DNA from: an uncultured Clostridia bacterium
GTDB taxonomy: Bacteria > Bacillota > Clostridia > Oscillospirales > Ruminococcaceae
NCBI GenBank assembly: GCA_947644575.1
Contig: CANRZX010000001.1
Location: 1 to 38,838 of the forward strand
Direction of reading: 5' to 3'
DNA: 38,838 bases
Below are positions 1 through 9,312 of this stretch, piece after piece; within the stretch, counting starts at the first letter, position 1; each line of letters opens with the position of its first letter. The notes beneath the pieces were generated by a model. That model did not search any database. It saw only the letters and a program-made list of their open reading frames with translations, and was not told where the DNA came from. Both the position numbers and the translations under genes were made by a program.

Positions 1-56
1 TATCCGCTGCTTTTGTATCCGCTGATATTGTATCAAAAGTTGTCCCCTGATATGGA

Positions 57-995
57 ATGGATTTCGGCGGAACCAAATTGCTGATCGGTGAGGTGGACGA
101 GGATGGTACCGTGCTGCGCAGCAAGCGCTATGCAACGGGTTTTATGCGGCAGGCGGACGCCGTACGGGCGCTGATGGAGGCGGTGCGGGACTACCGGGAC
201 AATATCGGCTTTGCGGGTAAACCCGCCGCCGCTGGTGTCGGCATTGTCGGAATCGTGGACAACGCGCGCGGCGAGTGGATCTCGATTGCGCACGACCCCG
301 AAGGCCCGCCCGTGCCGCTGGCGCGCATGGTCTCGCAGGAGCTGGGTTTGCCCTGCGGCATCGACAATGATGTGCGCAGCTCCACTACGGCGGAACTTCT
401 GCTGGGACAGGGCCGGTACTCTAAAAATTTCATCTACTTAAATGTAGGCACAGGGCTGGCGGCTGGTTTTGTTGTGGAAGGCCAGATCCTGCGCGGCGCC
501 AATGTAAACGCGGGGGAGATCGGCCATATGGTAGTAGATCTTTCCGACGGCAGCCCCTGCGCTTGCGGCCGTGCCGGATGTGTAGAGAATGTGGTGTCCG
601 GCATTGGCTTTACCCAGCAGGCGCAACTGCACGGCATGGACGAGCTGATGACGCAGGCGGGCAGGCGCGCCGACGTGTGCCGCCTGTTTGACCGGGCCGA
701 AGAAGGCGACGCGGTCTGCCGGGAAATTATGGAGTATGGCGCGCGTGCGCTGGCATGCGTTATTATGAACCTTGTGCGCACAACGGATCCGGATACAATC
801 ATCTACGGCGGAGGGATATTGGGCGACGAGCGTTTTCTGCATATGGTGGAGCGTGCACTGGAACCGGAAACCATGCGTGGTGTGACCCGCGGTATGGTTG
901 CGTCGAGCTTTAACCCGCAGTATGCGGGCCTGCTGGGGGCGGTAAGCCTGGGGATGGTCAAAGCACGAACGCTGCGCAAGGGTGCGACAGCGTGA
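57..995 (+). CDS. ROK family sugar kinase (N-terminus probably clipped)
   Basis: DFGGTK ATP-binding motif, DND, GTGLAAG, GEIGH and the CxCGxxGCxE Zn motif; no HTH domain. In-frame TGA at 48-50 and no RBS before ATG57. Confidence 0.88.
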   Translation: MDFGGTKLLIGEVDEDGTVLRSKRYATGFMRQADAVRALMEAVRDYRDNIGFAGKPAAAGVGIVGIVDNARGEWISIAHDPEGPPVPLARMVSQELGLPCGIDNDVRSSTTAELLLGQGRYSKNFIYLNVGTGLAAGFVVEGQILRGANVNAGEIGHMVVDLSDGSPCACGRAGCVENVVSGIGFTQQAQLHGMDELMTQAGRRADVCRLFDRAEEGDAVCREIMEYGARALACVIMNLVRTTDPDTIIYGGGILGDERFLHMVERALEPETMRGVTRGMVASSFNPQYAGLLGAVSLGMVKARTLRKGATA

Positions 996-1053
996 AAAAC
1001 GGCCGGCTGGATACGGCGGGCTCCACAACAGTGAGTTGAAGGGAGAAGAAGCT

Positions 1054-3420
1054 ATGGTCACACAGCAGTTCCAGCGGGAGTTGGAAGAAACACTGTACAT
1101 ACACAAAACGCTTCCGCTGCATAAAGAAAAATCCCTGGAGGCGGAATTTCCGCAGAAAAAAGTACTGCGCAGCCGTGTGCTTTGGGGTGAAGCAGGGGGA
1201 GCGATGCCCGGGCATATTGGCGTGGGTACGGTGCAGTGCGTGCAGGACGACGGGACGCCAGTGCTGCGGGCCAGCGCGCCCACACGCACCGCTTGCTGGC
1301 CCGAAGGAGCGCCGGAGGACGGGGATTATGTTAACTACGGCACATCCCGCATACGCTTTTTGTTTGACCGGGAGGACTGGCAGGGTTACAACCGGCTGCA
1401 TTTCCGTGTGAGGCCCAGCGTAGGCGGAGCGCGTCTATTGTATTTAGATGTGAACATCGTCAGCGAGGGAGAGATTCCGGTGCCGGATGTTTACCGGCGG
1501 GAAGGTCACCATGCGGTAGACCTTATTCCGAATGAATGGAACGAATGCTATTGGGAATTTGCCGCTATGGGGCGCGATGCTGTCACGGTGCTGGAATTTT
1601 CAATCCCCGTGTTTGGCGGGGATGCCTGTATGGGACAGGCAATGGCATTTGATTTCAAGGATATTGTGCTGGAACTGGTGGAGAAGCCAGAAATCGAGCG
1701 TGGCTGGCAGTGCCAGAAAGGACGCATTACCTATTCAACCGTAGGATATTTTCCACAGGGGGTAAAGACCGCGGTGGCAAATATCGGCGTGGAAAGCTTT
1801 GAACTTGTGGACGTCCAGACAGGTAAAGCGGTCTATACGGGCGAAGTGCGCAAAGAAAAAAACGCGCGCGGCGTGTTCCATGTATTGGATTTTACTGCTT
1901 ATACTACGCCGGGAAGCTACTATCTGCGGGCGGGCGACACGTGCACACAGCCGTTCCAGATCGATGAAGGCATCTCGGAGGAAAGCGTATGGCGCGCCGT
2001 TAATTTTCTGTTCGGCGAGCGGTGCGGTGCGCCCGTGTGCGGCCGCCACGGCGCATGCCATTTTGATGTTATAGCGGAACATAACGACGTCAAGCTGCCT
2101 TATGCGGGCGGATGGCACGATGCGGGCGACGTTTCCCAGCAAACGCTGCAAAGCGCTGAAGTGGTGCACGCGCTGCTGGAAACCGCAGCGCGTTATACGG
2201 AATCGCCTGCGTTGCATACGCGCCTGCTGGAAGAGGCCGAGTGGGGGCTTGATTTTGTTTTGCGCACCCGCTTCGGCGATGGATGGCGGGCCACGAGCGC
2301 GGGGCTTGTACGTTTTTCCAACGGTCGGATCGGCGATATGGACGATGTGGCTGCGCGTGTGTACGACCATTCCTATGAAAATTTTGTGTTTGCGGGGGTG
2401 GAGGCATATGCTGCCACGGCGTTTGCACAGTATGACCCAGGCCTCGCTTGGGGCAGCTTGAACGCGGCCAAAGAAGACTTTGGTTTTGCACGGGAAAAGT
2501 TTGCCAAAACAGGCGTGGAGCATGTTCAGATGTATGAACACACATATAACTGCGGGCTTTCGCAGTATTACGCGGCCATTGTATGGGCAGCCTCATGCCT
2601 GTACCGGGCAAGCGGGGAGGAATTCTACGCTGCGGAAGCACGGTTCTGGGCCGAAAAGCTACTTGCCTGTCAGGAAACAGGCGCCGCGGGCCTGCCGTTT
2701 ACGGGCTTTTTCTATCGGGATAAATCACACAGGGCCATCGTCCATTTCAACCACCAGTCACGGGAACAGCAATTTGCGCAGGCGCTGACGTCGCTGTGTG
2801 AGACGCAACCGTGCGCTGCGCAGGCACCGCGCTGGCACGAGGCCATGCGCAGATACGGCGATTATCTGCTGGCCATTGCGCCCAATACCGCGCCCTACGG
2901 GATGCTGCCCGCCGGCGTACACCGTTTGGACGAGCCGGAGGATGCGGAGCTGTTTCCCTATCTGCATCTATTGTCGGACTACGAGGCTGAAAAAACGAAC
3001 TATGCCGCGCAGCTTGCGGCGGGGACGCCGGTGGGGAAGGAACATGTGCTGCGAAACTTCCCGGTGTGGTTCTCTTTCCGGGGAAACACGGCCATCCTGC
3101 TGTCCATGGGCAAAAGCGCAAGCCTGCTGGGCCGTGCCCTGGGGGATGAGGCGCTTTTGCAGCTTGGGCGGGAGCAGCTTTATTGGATGTGGGGCAAAAA
3201 CCCGTTTGGACAATCCCTTATCTATGGTTCGGGCACGCGGTATTGCAGCCAGTATGCCGCCATGTGCGGGGAGCTTGCGGGGGAAATGCCCGTGGGTGTG
3301 GAAACGCTGGGGAACGAGGACGTGCCCTATTGGCCGCAGACGAACAATGCGACTTATAAAGAGGTGTGGACGTCATCAGTGAGCCGCTGGCTGTGGCTCG
3401 CGGCGGATTATGTGCGGTGA
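1054..3420 (+). CDS. Glycoside hydrolase family 9 protein with Ig-like domain, no signal peptide
   Basis: GY.P...K.A and LDFTAYTTPGSYYL Ig-like segment, GGWHDAGD, G.NPFGQS...G.G and C-terminal YKEVW. Purine-rich RBS GGGAGAAGAAG before ATG1054. Confidence 0.85.
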   Translation: MVTQQFQRELEETLYIHKTLPLHKEKSLEAEFPQKKVLRSRVLWGEAGGAMPGHIGVGTVQCVQDDGTPVLRASAPTRTACWPEGAPEDGDYVNYGTSRIRFLFDREDWQGYNRLHFRVRPSVGGARLLYLDVNIVSEGEIPVPDVYRREGHHAVDLIPNEWNECYWEFAAMGRDAVTVLEFSIPVFGGDACMGQAMAFDFKDIVLELVEKPEIERGWQCQKGRITYSTVGYFPQGVKTAVANIGVESFELVDVQTGKAVYTGEVRKEKNARGVFHVLDFTAYTTPGSYYLRAGDTCTQPFQIDEGISEESVWRAVNFLFGERCGAPVCGRHGACHFDVIAEHNDVKLPYAGGWHDAGDVSQQTLQSAEVVHALLETAARYTESPALHTRLLEEAEWGLDFVLRTRFGDGWRATSAGLVRFSNGRIGDMDDVAARVYDHSYENFVFAGVEAYAATAFAQYDPGLAWGSLNAAKEDFGFAREKFAKTGVEHVQMYEHTYNCGLSQYYAAIVWAASCLYRASGEEFYAAEARFWAEKLLACQETGAAGLPFTGFFYRDKSHRAIVHFNHQSREQQFAQALTSLCETQPCAAQAPRWHEAMRRYGDYLLAIAPNTAPYGMLPAGVHRLDEPEDAELFPYLHLLSDYEAEKTNYAAQLAAGTPVGKEHVLRNFPVWFSFRGNTAILLSMGKSASLLGRALGDEALLQLGREQLYWMWGKNPFGQSLIYGSGTRYCSQYAAMCGELAGEMPVGVETLGNEDVPYWPQTNNATYKEVWTSSVSRWLWLAADYVR

Positions 3421-3440
3421 AGCGCGGCGGGAAAGAAGAT

Positions 3441-3599
3441 GTGAAGAAAGGGCCGAAGCAGCAGATCCGGGCGTCAGTGAACGTATACCGCCTCATGGAG
3501 ACGGATACGGAGTGCAGCGTGGAAACGCGATGCCTCGGCAAAAAAGTGACGCAGAGCAAGCTGCCGTGGGACGCCGCGGACCTGCTGCGGTGCGAATGA
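3441..3599 (+). pseudogene. 52-codon remnant resembling the N-terminus of the GH9 at 1054 (truncated paralog)
   Basis: GTG start after GGGAAAGAAG. Peptide ..ECSVETRCLGKKVTQSKLPW aligns without gaps by eye to GH9 ..EKSLEAEFPQKKVLRSRVLW. Confidence 0.5.
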
Positions 3600-3631
3600 G
3601 CGGGGCGTGTCCCCGCTGAGAGGAGCGGAGC

Positions 3632-5173
3632 ATGCAGTACATTCTGGCGTATGACTTAGGGACGGGCGGGCTCAAGGCCTCCCTGTACGACAAGGACGGC
3701 GTTTCGCGGTGTACGTATTTTGCGGCGTACCCCACGTTCTATCCGGCGCCGGGCTGGCACGAGCAGCGCCCCGCCGATTGGTGGGACGGCGTTTGCAAGG
3801 CCACCCGCGCCCTGCTGCGGGAAAGCGGCGTGGATGCGCGGCAGGTGTGCGCCGTGGCCGCCAGCGGGCACAGCCTTGTGGCGCTTTTGCTGGATGAAGC
3901 GTATCTCCCGCTGCAGGAACGCGTCCCGATCTGGAGCGATACGCGAGCGTCCGAGCAGACAAAAGCGTTTTTCAAGGAAGTGCCTTACGAGGCTTGGTAC
4001 CATGCCACAGGCAATGGGGATCCGCCCGAGACGTATTCTGTTTTCAAATTGATGTGGCTGCGGGAACATGAGCCAGAATTATGGGCGCGGACGCGTGCCG
4101 TAGTGGGCAGCAAGGATTACATCAACCTTCGTCTGACCGGGGTGTGGGCGACGGATTACTCCTACGCGTCCGGTACAGGTGGATTTGATCTTGCGGTGTG
4201 GGATTACCGCGATGATTTTTTTGCGGCGGCAGGCCTCAGCCGCACTTTGTTCGCGCGTCCTATGGAATCGCATACGGTGATCGGCCGCGTCACACCAGAG
4301 GCGGCGCGGGAAAGCGGGCTTGCGGCCGGCACGCCGGTAATCTGCGGCGGTGTGGACAATGCGATGATGGCGCTGGGGGCACAGGGGATAGGCGATGGCC
4401 GGGCCTATGTATCGCTGGGTTCCTCTGCATGGCTCGCCGTAACGGCGCGCAGGCCGGTGCTGGACGCCGCGTCCCGCCCCTTTGTGTTTGGCTTTGCGCA
4501 AAAGGGGTATTACACCTCGGGTGTATCCATCTTTGCGGCGGGCAGTGCGTACCGCTGGGCACGGGACGTGTTGTGCCGCGACCTTGGGGATGACGCTGAC
4601 GCGCTGGCCGCTATGGACGCGGAGGCGGCTGTGGTTCCCCCCGGGGCGGGCGGCGTTCTGTTCAACCCAACGCTGGCGGGGGCGAGCCCGCAGGAGCCGG
4701 GCGCGGCGCTTCAGGGAGGCTTTTTTGGCTTGACGCTGGACATCGCGCGCCCCGCGCTGCTGCGGGCGGTGCTGGAGGGTGTGGCGCTGAGCATGCGCCA
4801 AAGCTGTCTGGAGGTTCTGCAAAAACACACTGCGCTGGACGGTCCGCTGCTGATGACGGGCGGAGGCGCGAAAAGCGCGTTGTGGATGCAGATATTTGCG
4901 GATGTGTTTGAGATGGAGATCGTACAGTCCGACATCGGGCAGAAGGCGGCTTCGCTGGGTGCGGCGGCGGCAGCGGCGCGCGGCGTCGGGCTGATCGGGG
5001 CTTATGAGACCTGCGGCTGGTTCAGCGAAAAAGGTCACCGGTACCGGCCGCGCCCGGAAACGCGCGCCGCGTATGCCGCGCTGCGCGAGCGCTTTGCCCT
5101 GTGGACGCACGGGCTGGCGGAGCTGCACGCGCGGGCGGCGGAAAATATTGAAAAAGGAGAGAGAACGCGATGA
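3632..5173 (+). CDS. FGGY family carbohydrate kinase (xylulokinase-like)
   Basis: DLGTGGLK, W.D.R, TD.SYASGT, GG.DN, SLGSS, RAVLEG and GGGAKS..W.QI.AD motifs; GAGGAG RBS. Confidence 0.9.
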   Translation: MQYILAYDLGTGGLKASLYDKDGVSRCTYFAAYPTFYPAPGWHEQRPADWWDGVCKATRALLRESGVDARQVCAVAASGHSLVALLLDEAYLPLQERVPIWSDTRASEQTKAFFKEVPYEAWYHATGNGDPPETYSVFKLMWLREHEPELWARTRAVVGSKDYINLRLTGVWATDYSYASGTGGFDLAVWDYRDDFFAAAGLSRTLFARPMESHTVIGRVTPEAARESGLAAGTPVICGGVDNAMMALGAQGIGDGRAYVSLGSSAWLAVTARRPVLDAASRPFVFGFAQKGYYTSGVSIFAAGSAYRWARDVLCRDLGDDADALAAMDAEAAVVPPGAGGVLFNPTLAGASPQEPGAALQGGFFGLTLDIARPALLRAVLEGVALSMRQSCLEVLQKHTALDGPLLMTGGGAKSALWMQIFADVFEMEIVQSDIGQKAASLGAAAAAARGVGLIGAYETCGWFSEKGHRYRPRPETRAAYAALRERFALWTHGLAELHARAAENIEKGERTR

Positions 5174-6153
5174 AGGTAGGTTTTTGTGTCGTCAATTATT
5201 CGGAAATGCCGGTGAAGGACGTAGTGGAGCTTGCTGCACGCAAGGGATACGAGGCGGTGGAACTGCCGGTTTATACGGACAACAGGCAGATCGACGCGGA
5301 CGAGCTTCTGAAAGACGGAGGGGCGGGCGCGCGGGCGCTGCGCAAAATGGTGGAGGACACGGGGTTTTTTATCTCCGGCCTTTCCAACCATGCGGACTCT
5401 CCGCTCATCTTGGGGCCGCACGGCCATGATCTTGCCAGTGTCTGTGACGGAACAAAAGAGGAGCAGATCCGTTTCGGCCAGCAGAGCATGATCCGCTCGG
5501 CACAGCTTGCAAGCGAACTGGAGGTGCCCGCCGTTGTGGCCTTTTCCGGCGTGGGAAACTTCGGCCATTTCAACGATTGGCCTTATCCCGGCGGCTGGGC
5601 CGAAGAGGAAGCAGCGTTTTGCGAAAACTGGATGCCTGTGTTCGATAAATTCAAGGAGTACGGTGTAAAGGTGGCGTTTGAGCCGCACCCCAATAATATC
5701 ATTTACGACATCCATACCACGAAGCGGTGTCTGGACCTGTGCGGCGGACACGAGAGCTTTGCCATCAACTTTGACCCCGCCAACATTGCTTATACAGGCA
5801 TCGACTTGGGCGCGTACATCAACGAGTTCGGAGACCGCATCGCGCTGGTCCATGCAAAGGACTGCGAATTTGTCAGCCACAATATGCCGCGCGGCGGCTA
5901 CTGGATGCTGCAGCGCGATTGGGGCGAGCGCGACCGTTCGTTCCGCTTCCGTATCCCGGGCTGGGGCTCTATCAACTGGAAGAGCATCATTACCGAGCTG
6001 TATCTGAACGGCTACGACGGTGTGCTTTCATACGAACATGAGGATGTTACGATGTCCCGTGCCGACGGCGTGGACAAGACCATTGAATTTTTGAAGCCGC
6101 TGATGATCCACGCTCCCTATGAAGGCCGCAGCGACAAATTGTTCCAACGATAA
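5170..6153 (+). CDS. Sugar phosphate isomerase/epimerase, xylose-isomerase-like TIM barrel (IolE/IolH-like)
   Basis: Metal-ligand motifs FEPHP, NFDPAN, VHAKD and SYEHED, plus PG.G.I.W; AAGGAG RBS; ATGA overlap with the kinase gene. Confidence 0.85.
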   Translation: MKVGFCVVNYSEMPVKDVVELAARKGYEAVELPVYTDNRQIDADELLKDGGAGARALRKMVEDTGFFISGLSNHADSPLILGPHGHDLASVCDGTKEEQIRFGQQSMIRSAQLASELEVPAVVAFSGVGNFGHFNDWPYPGGWAEEEAAFCENWMPVFDKFKEYGVKVAFEPHPNNIIYDIHTTKRCLDLCGGHESFAINFDPANIAYTGIDLGAYINEFGDRIALVHAKDCEFVSHNMPRGGYWMLQRDWGERDRSFRFRIPGWGSINWKSIITELYLNGYDGVLSYEHEDVTMSRADGVDKTIEFLKPLMIHAPYEGRSDKLFQR

Positions 6154-6166
6154 GGAGGATAAGGAT

Positions 6167-7243
6167 ATGCAGAAGATGATGCGCGCAATGGTGCTGGAGC
6201 GGCCGCGCAAAATGACGCTCAAGCAGGTGCCCGTGCCCCGGGTAAGCGAGGGCGAGGTTTTGATCAAGGTGAAATATTGTGGTATCTGCGGCTCTGACTG
6301 GGGCGCGTATATCGGCAAATACGCCGACGAGGCCGCGCTGCTGCCGTTGGTCATCGGACATGAGTTTTTTGGCACTGTCGCGGAAAAGGGGCCTGGCGTT
6401 CCCGAGGACATTGCGCTGGGCGACCGTGTAAGCTGCGATATCTGCCTTCCCTGCGGCACCTGCTATCACTGCCGCCGCGGCGAACCGCTGCTGTGCAGCA
6501 GCTTCCGTCAAATCGGCATCCACACGGCGGAGACCTCCGGAGGATATTCCGAATATGTGAAAGTGCCCTGGAAAAACCTTTACAAGGTGCCGGACAGTGT
6601 GACAGACCATCAGGCCGCGTTTATTGAGCCGTTGACGGCGTGTCTGGGCGCGTCGCACAATATGGGCCTGACAATCGCCTCGAGCATCGTTATCATCGGC
6701 GCAGGGCTGGGCATCATCCACGGGTGTCTTGCCAAGCTGCGCGGGGCGGCGCCTGTCATCGTTGTGGACGCAAATGCGGACCGACTGGCTATGGCGAAGC
6801 AGATGTGTGCGGACGATGTGATCGATATCACAAAAACACCGGATGCGGTAGCCGAAGTCATGCGGCTGACCGGCGGCGTGGGCGCGGATTATGTGCTGGA
6901 AGCCGTGGGCAGCAGCAAGACCTATGAACAGGCCATGCGCATGGTGCGCCGCGGCGGCACGGTAGAGGCCTTCGGGATCTGCTCGGACAACGACTGCGCC
7001 AGCCTGCGCCCGATGGAATTTGTGCTACAGGAAAAGAAAATCCACGGTAGCTGCGCGGGCATCGGCCACAATTGGCAGGAGGCTATCACACTGCTGCAAT
7101 ATGGCCGTATCGACCCCACGCCGCTTATCTCGATGGTGGTGCCGCTGGAGGAGACCGAGCAGGCACTGCATGAGCTACAGCAGAACAAAAAGTTGGTAAA
7201 AGTGCTCGTCAGCCCCGAGGTTACCGAGCGCATCATACTGTGA
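6167..7243 (+). CDS. Zn-dependent medium-chain alcohol/polyol dehydrogenase
   Basis: CGICGSD, GHE, structural Zn motif CGTCYHC..C and a GAG Rossmann motif; AAGGAGG RBS before ATG6167. Confidence 0.9.
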   Translation: MQKMMRAMVLERPRKMTLKQVPVPRVSEGEVLIKVKYCGICGSDWGAYIGKYADEAALLPLVIGHEFFGTVAEKGPGVPEDIALGDRVSCDICLPCGTCYHCRRGEPLLCSSFRQIGIHTAETSGGYSEYVKVPWKNLYKVPDSVTDHQAAFIEPLTACLGASHNMGLTIASSIVIIGAGLGIIHGCLAKLRGAAPVIVVDANADRLAMAKQMCADDVIDITKTPDAVAEVMRLTGGVGADYVLEAVGSSKTYEQAMRMVRRGGTVEAFGICSDNDCASLRPMEFVLQEKKIHGSCAGIGHNWQEAITLLQYGRIDPTPLISMVVPLEETEQALHELQQNKKLVKVLVSPEVTERIIL

Positions 7244-7252
7244 GGTAACGCC

Positions 7253-7978
7253 ATGAATATTTTTATAGAGAAAAATGAACAGAGCTTTTTTGAAGCGGTG
7301 GCATGGCAAATTGTCCGGCAGATTATCCTGAAGCCAGATTCCCTCATCGGCCTGTCCACGGGGCGCACAACCGGCCCAATCCATAAGGCGCTGGCGGAAA
7401 TTTACAAAGCGCATCCTTTCGACACCTCCCGCGTGACGTTCTTCGGGCTGGATGAGGTGACAAACGTCAGCCGGGATTACTTCGGAAGCTGTTACTATAT
7501 GCTGCTGCATGAGGTGATCGAGCCGCTGGATGTGCCTTTGAAGCATTACATCATGCCGCCTACGGTATCAGAGGATTGGAACGCCGAGTGCGTGCGGTTC
7601 GAGGAGGCTCTGGCCCGCTGCGGCCAGGTGGACCTGCAAATCCTCGGCATCGGCGGCAACGGGCATATAGGGTTCAACCAGCCGGGCACGGCTTTTGGGC
7701 AGACGACATGGACCTCTGTGATGGAACCCTGGCTGTATGAGCGCATCCGCAGAGAGACGGGGTCGCCGGAAGGCGCGCCGCTGGGCGGTGTGACGCTGGG
7801 CGTCAAAAATGTGATGCACAGCAGGCGCATCCTGCTTGCCGCAAACGGGGCGTCCAAGGCGGAAATCGTACGGGCGGCTGTGCGTGGACCGGTGACGGAG
7901 GACGTACCTGCCAGCGTATTGCAGCTGCATCCGGACTGCGACGTTTATGTGGATGCAGCGGCTGGCGCGCTTCTGTGA
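7253..7978 (+). CDS. nagB: Glucosamine-6-phosphate deaminase family protein (divergent)
   Basis: GLSTG.T, LDE, LGIG.NGHIGFN.PG and GPVTEDVPASVLQLHP motifs. Confidence 0.75.
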   Translation: MNIFIEKNEQSFFEAVAWQIVRQIILKPDSLIGLSTGRTTGPIHKALAEIYKAHPFDTSRVTFFGLDEVTNVSRDYFGSCYYMLLHEVIEPLDVPLKHYIMPPTVSEDWNAECVRFEEALARCGQVDLQILGIGGNGHIGFNQPGTAFGQTTWTSVMEPWLYERIRRETGSPEGAPLGGVTLGVKNVMHSRRILLAANGASKAEIVRAAVRGPVTEDVPASVLQLHPDCDVYVDAAAGALL

Positions 7979-8013
7979 CGCCACGCACAAACCTGACGGT
8001 AAGGAGAAGAAAA

Positions 8014-9258
8014 ATGGGATATAAAGAAACATTGCTCAGCCCTGTCAAGATCGGCAGCCATGTGTGCCAGAACCGCTTTTTTGCCCAGCCGATGGAATGC
8101 GTGGATTCCGACGCCGAGGGCAACCCCACAGAGATGACGCTTCGGCGGTATGAGAACCTTTACAAGGGGAAATTTGGGTTTGTGGACCTAGAGGCCATCA
8201 CCGTAACGAACGAGAGCCGCGCGCGCAAGACGCAGCTGGAGATCATGCCGCGCAACGAAAAGGCGCTCGCTAAATTCATCCGTTCCCTCAAGGAGATCGA
8301 CCCCGGCATCCCCATCGTGTTCCAGCTTACCCATTCAGGGGAGATCAGCGAGCCGGAGTTTTCGCGCCGCGTCACTGTCAAGCCGCTGCCGGGTTTTGGC
8401 GGCGACCTTTTGAGCGACGAGGACGTGGACAAGATCATTGAGGATTTCGCGGAAGCGTCAAAGATCGCGCAGGCTGTGGGAGCGGACGGCATCGACCTGA
8501 AATTTTGCCATGGGTATCTCGGCAGCCAGATCCTGCGCCCGTACAACGACCGCAAATGGAAGTACGGCGGAAGCTGGGAAAACCGTTCCCGTTTCGCGTA
8601 TGACCTGATGGAACGCATTCAGCGCGCCACGGGCGGCGGCAAGAATTTCCTTCTTGGCTCCAAGCTCTCGCTGTGGGAGGGCTTTCCGGGCGGCTGCGGC
8701 TCGGCCGGACCGGATTCTCCGCTGATGGATCTGACCGAGTCGCTGGATCTCGTCAAGGGGCTGGAAGAGCGCGGCGCATGCTATTTTGTGGAGTCACTCG
8801 GCAATGTGCACGCCACGATGAACTTTATGGAAGCGGTGCAGGACGAGCCGTATCTGTCTTACCTGCATTTTTATTTTGCGAACCTGCTCAAGCAGCACGT
8901 CAAGCCGGAGACCGTGGTCATCGGTTCCAGCTTTTCTCCGTTCCGCGGCAAGAAAAACAAGCTGCTGGCTGTCGAGCCGGAAAAATCGTCCATGTTCGCC
9001 GTAGGCGCGCAGTGCATCGAGGACGGAATGATGGATATGATCGGGCTGGGCCGGCAGTCCTTCGCGGACCCGTTTACCCCGCGCAAGCTGGAGGAAAACC
9101 GTGAGGACGAGATCAAGTACTGCACCCAGTGCATGAACTGCGAGGAGCTGATGCTGCGCCAAAAGCCCGTGGGCTGTGTGCTGTATAACAAGCCCTATAC
9201 CGAATTGTTCCGTGAGGTGCGCCGCACATACGGCAGGCTGGCGGAGCTGCATACTTGA
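8014..9258 (+). CDS. NADH:flavin oxidoreductase (old yellow enzyme family) with C-terminal CxxCxxC-x11-C Fe-S motif
   Basis: NRF..QPM, QL.HSG, CHGYL.SQ.L, YGGSWENR.R, GRQSFADP and CTQCMNC...C; AAGGAG RBS before ATG8014. Confidence 0.85.
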   Translation: MGYKETLLSPVKIGSHVCQNRFFAQPMECVDSDAEGNPTEMTLRRYENLYKGKFGFVDLEAITVTNESRARKTQLEIMPRNEKALAKFIRSLKEIDPGIPIVFQLTHSGEISEPEFSRRVTVKPLPGFGGDLLSDEDVDKIIEDFAEASKIAQAVGADGIDLKFCHGYLGSQILRPYNDRKWKYGGSWENRSRFAYDLMERIQRATGGGKNFLLGSKLSLWEGFPGGCGSAGPDSPLMDLTESLDLVKGLEERGACYFVESLGNVHATMNFMEAVQDEPYLSYLHFYFANLLKQHVKPETVVIGSSFSPFRGKKNKLLAVEPEKSSMFAVGAQCIEDGMMDMIGLGRQSFADPFTPRKLEENREDEIKYCTQCMNCEELMLRQKPVGCVLYNKPYTELFREVRRTYGRLAELHT

Positions 9259-9312
9259 CACAGGGGCGCGCTGCCCTTGCAAATAGATTCTGAAGAAAAG
9301 AAGGAACAGAAC

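Noticed and set aside
982-1053. Longer ORF-track N-termini (also 6119, 7975, 9277, 20501, 21992, 23581, 28440, 36615, 38361)
   Set aside because: Downstream ATGs have better RBSs and match family N-termini; the extensions overlap neighbouring genes or regulatory DNA.
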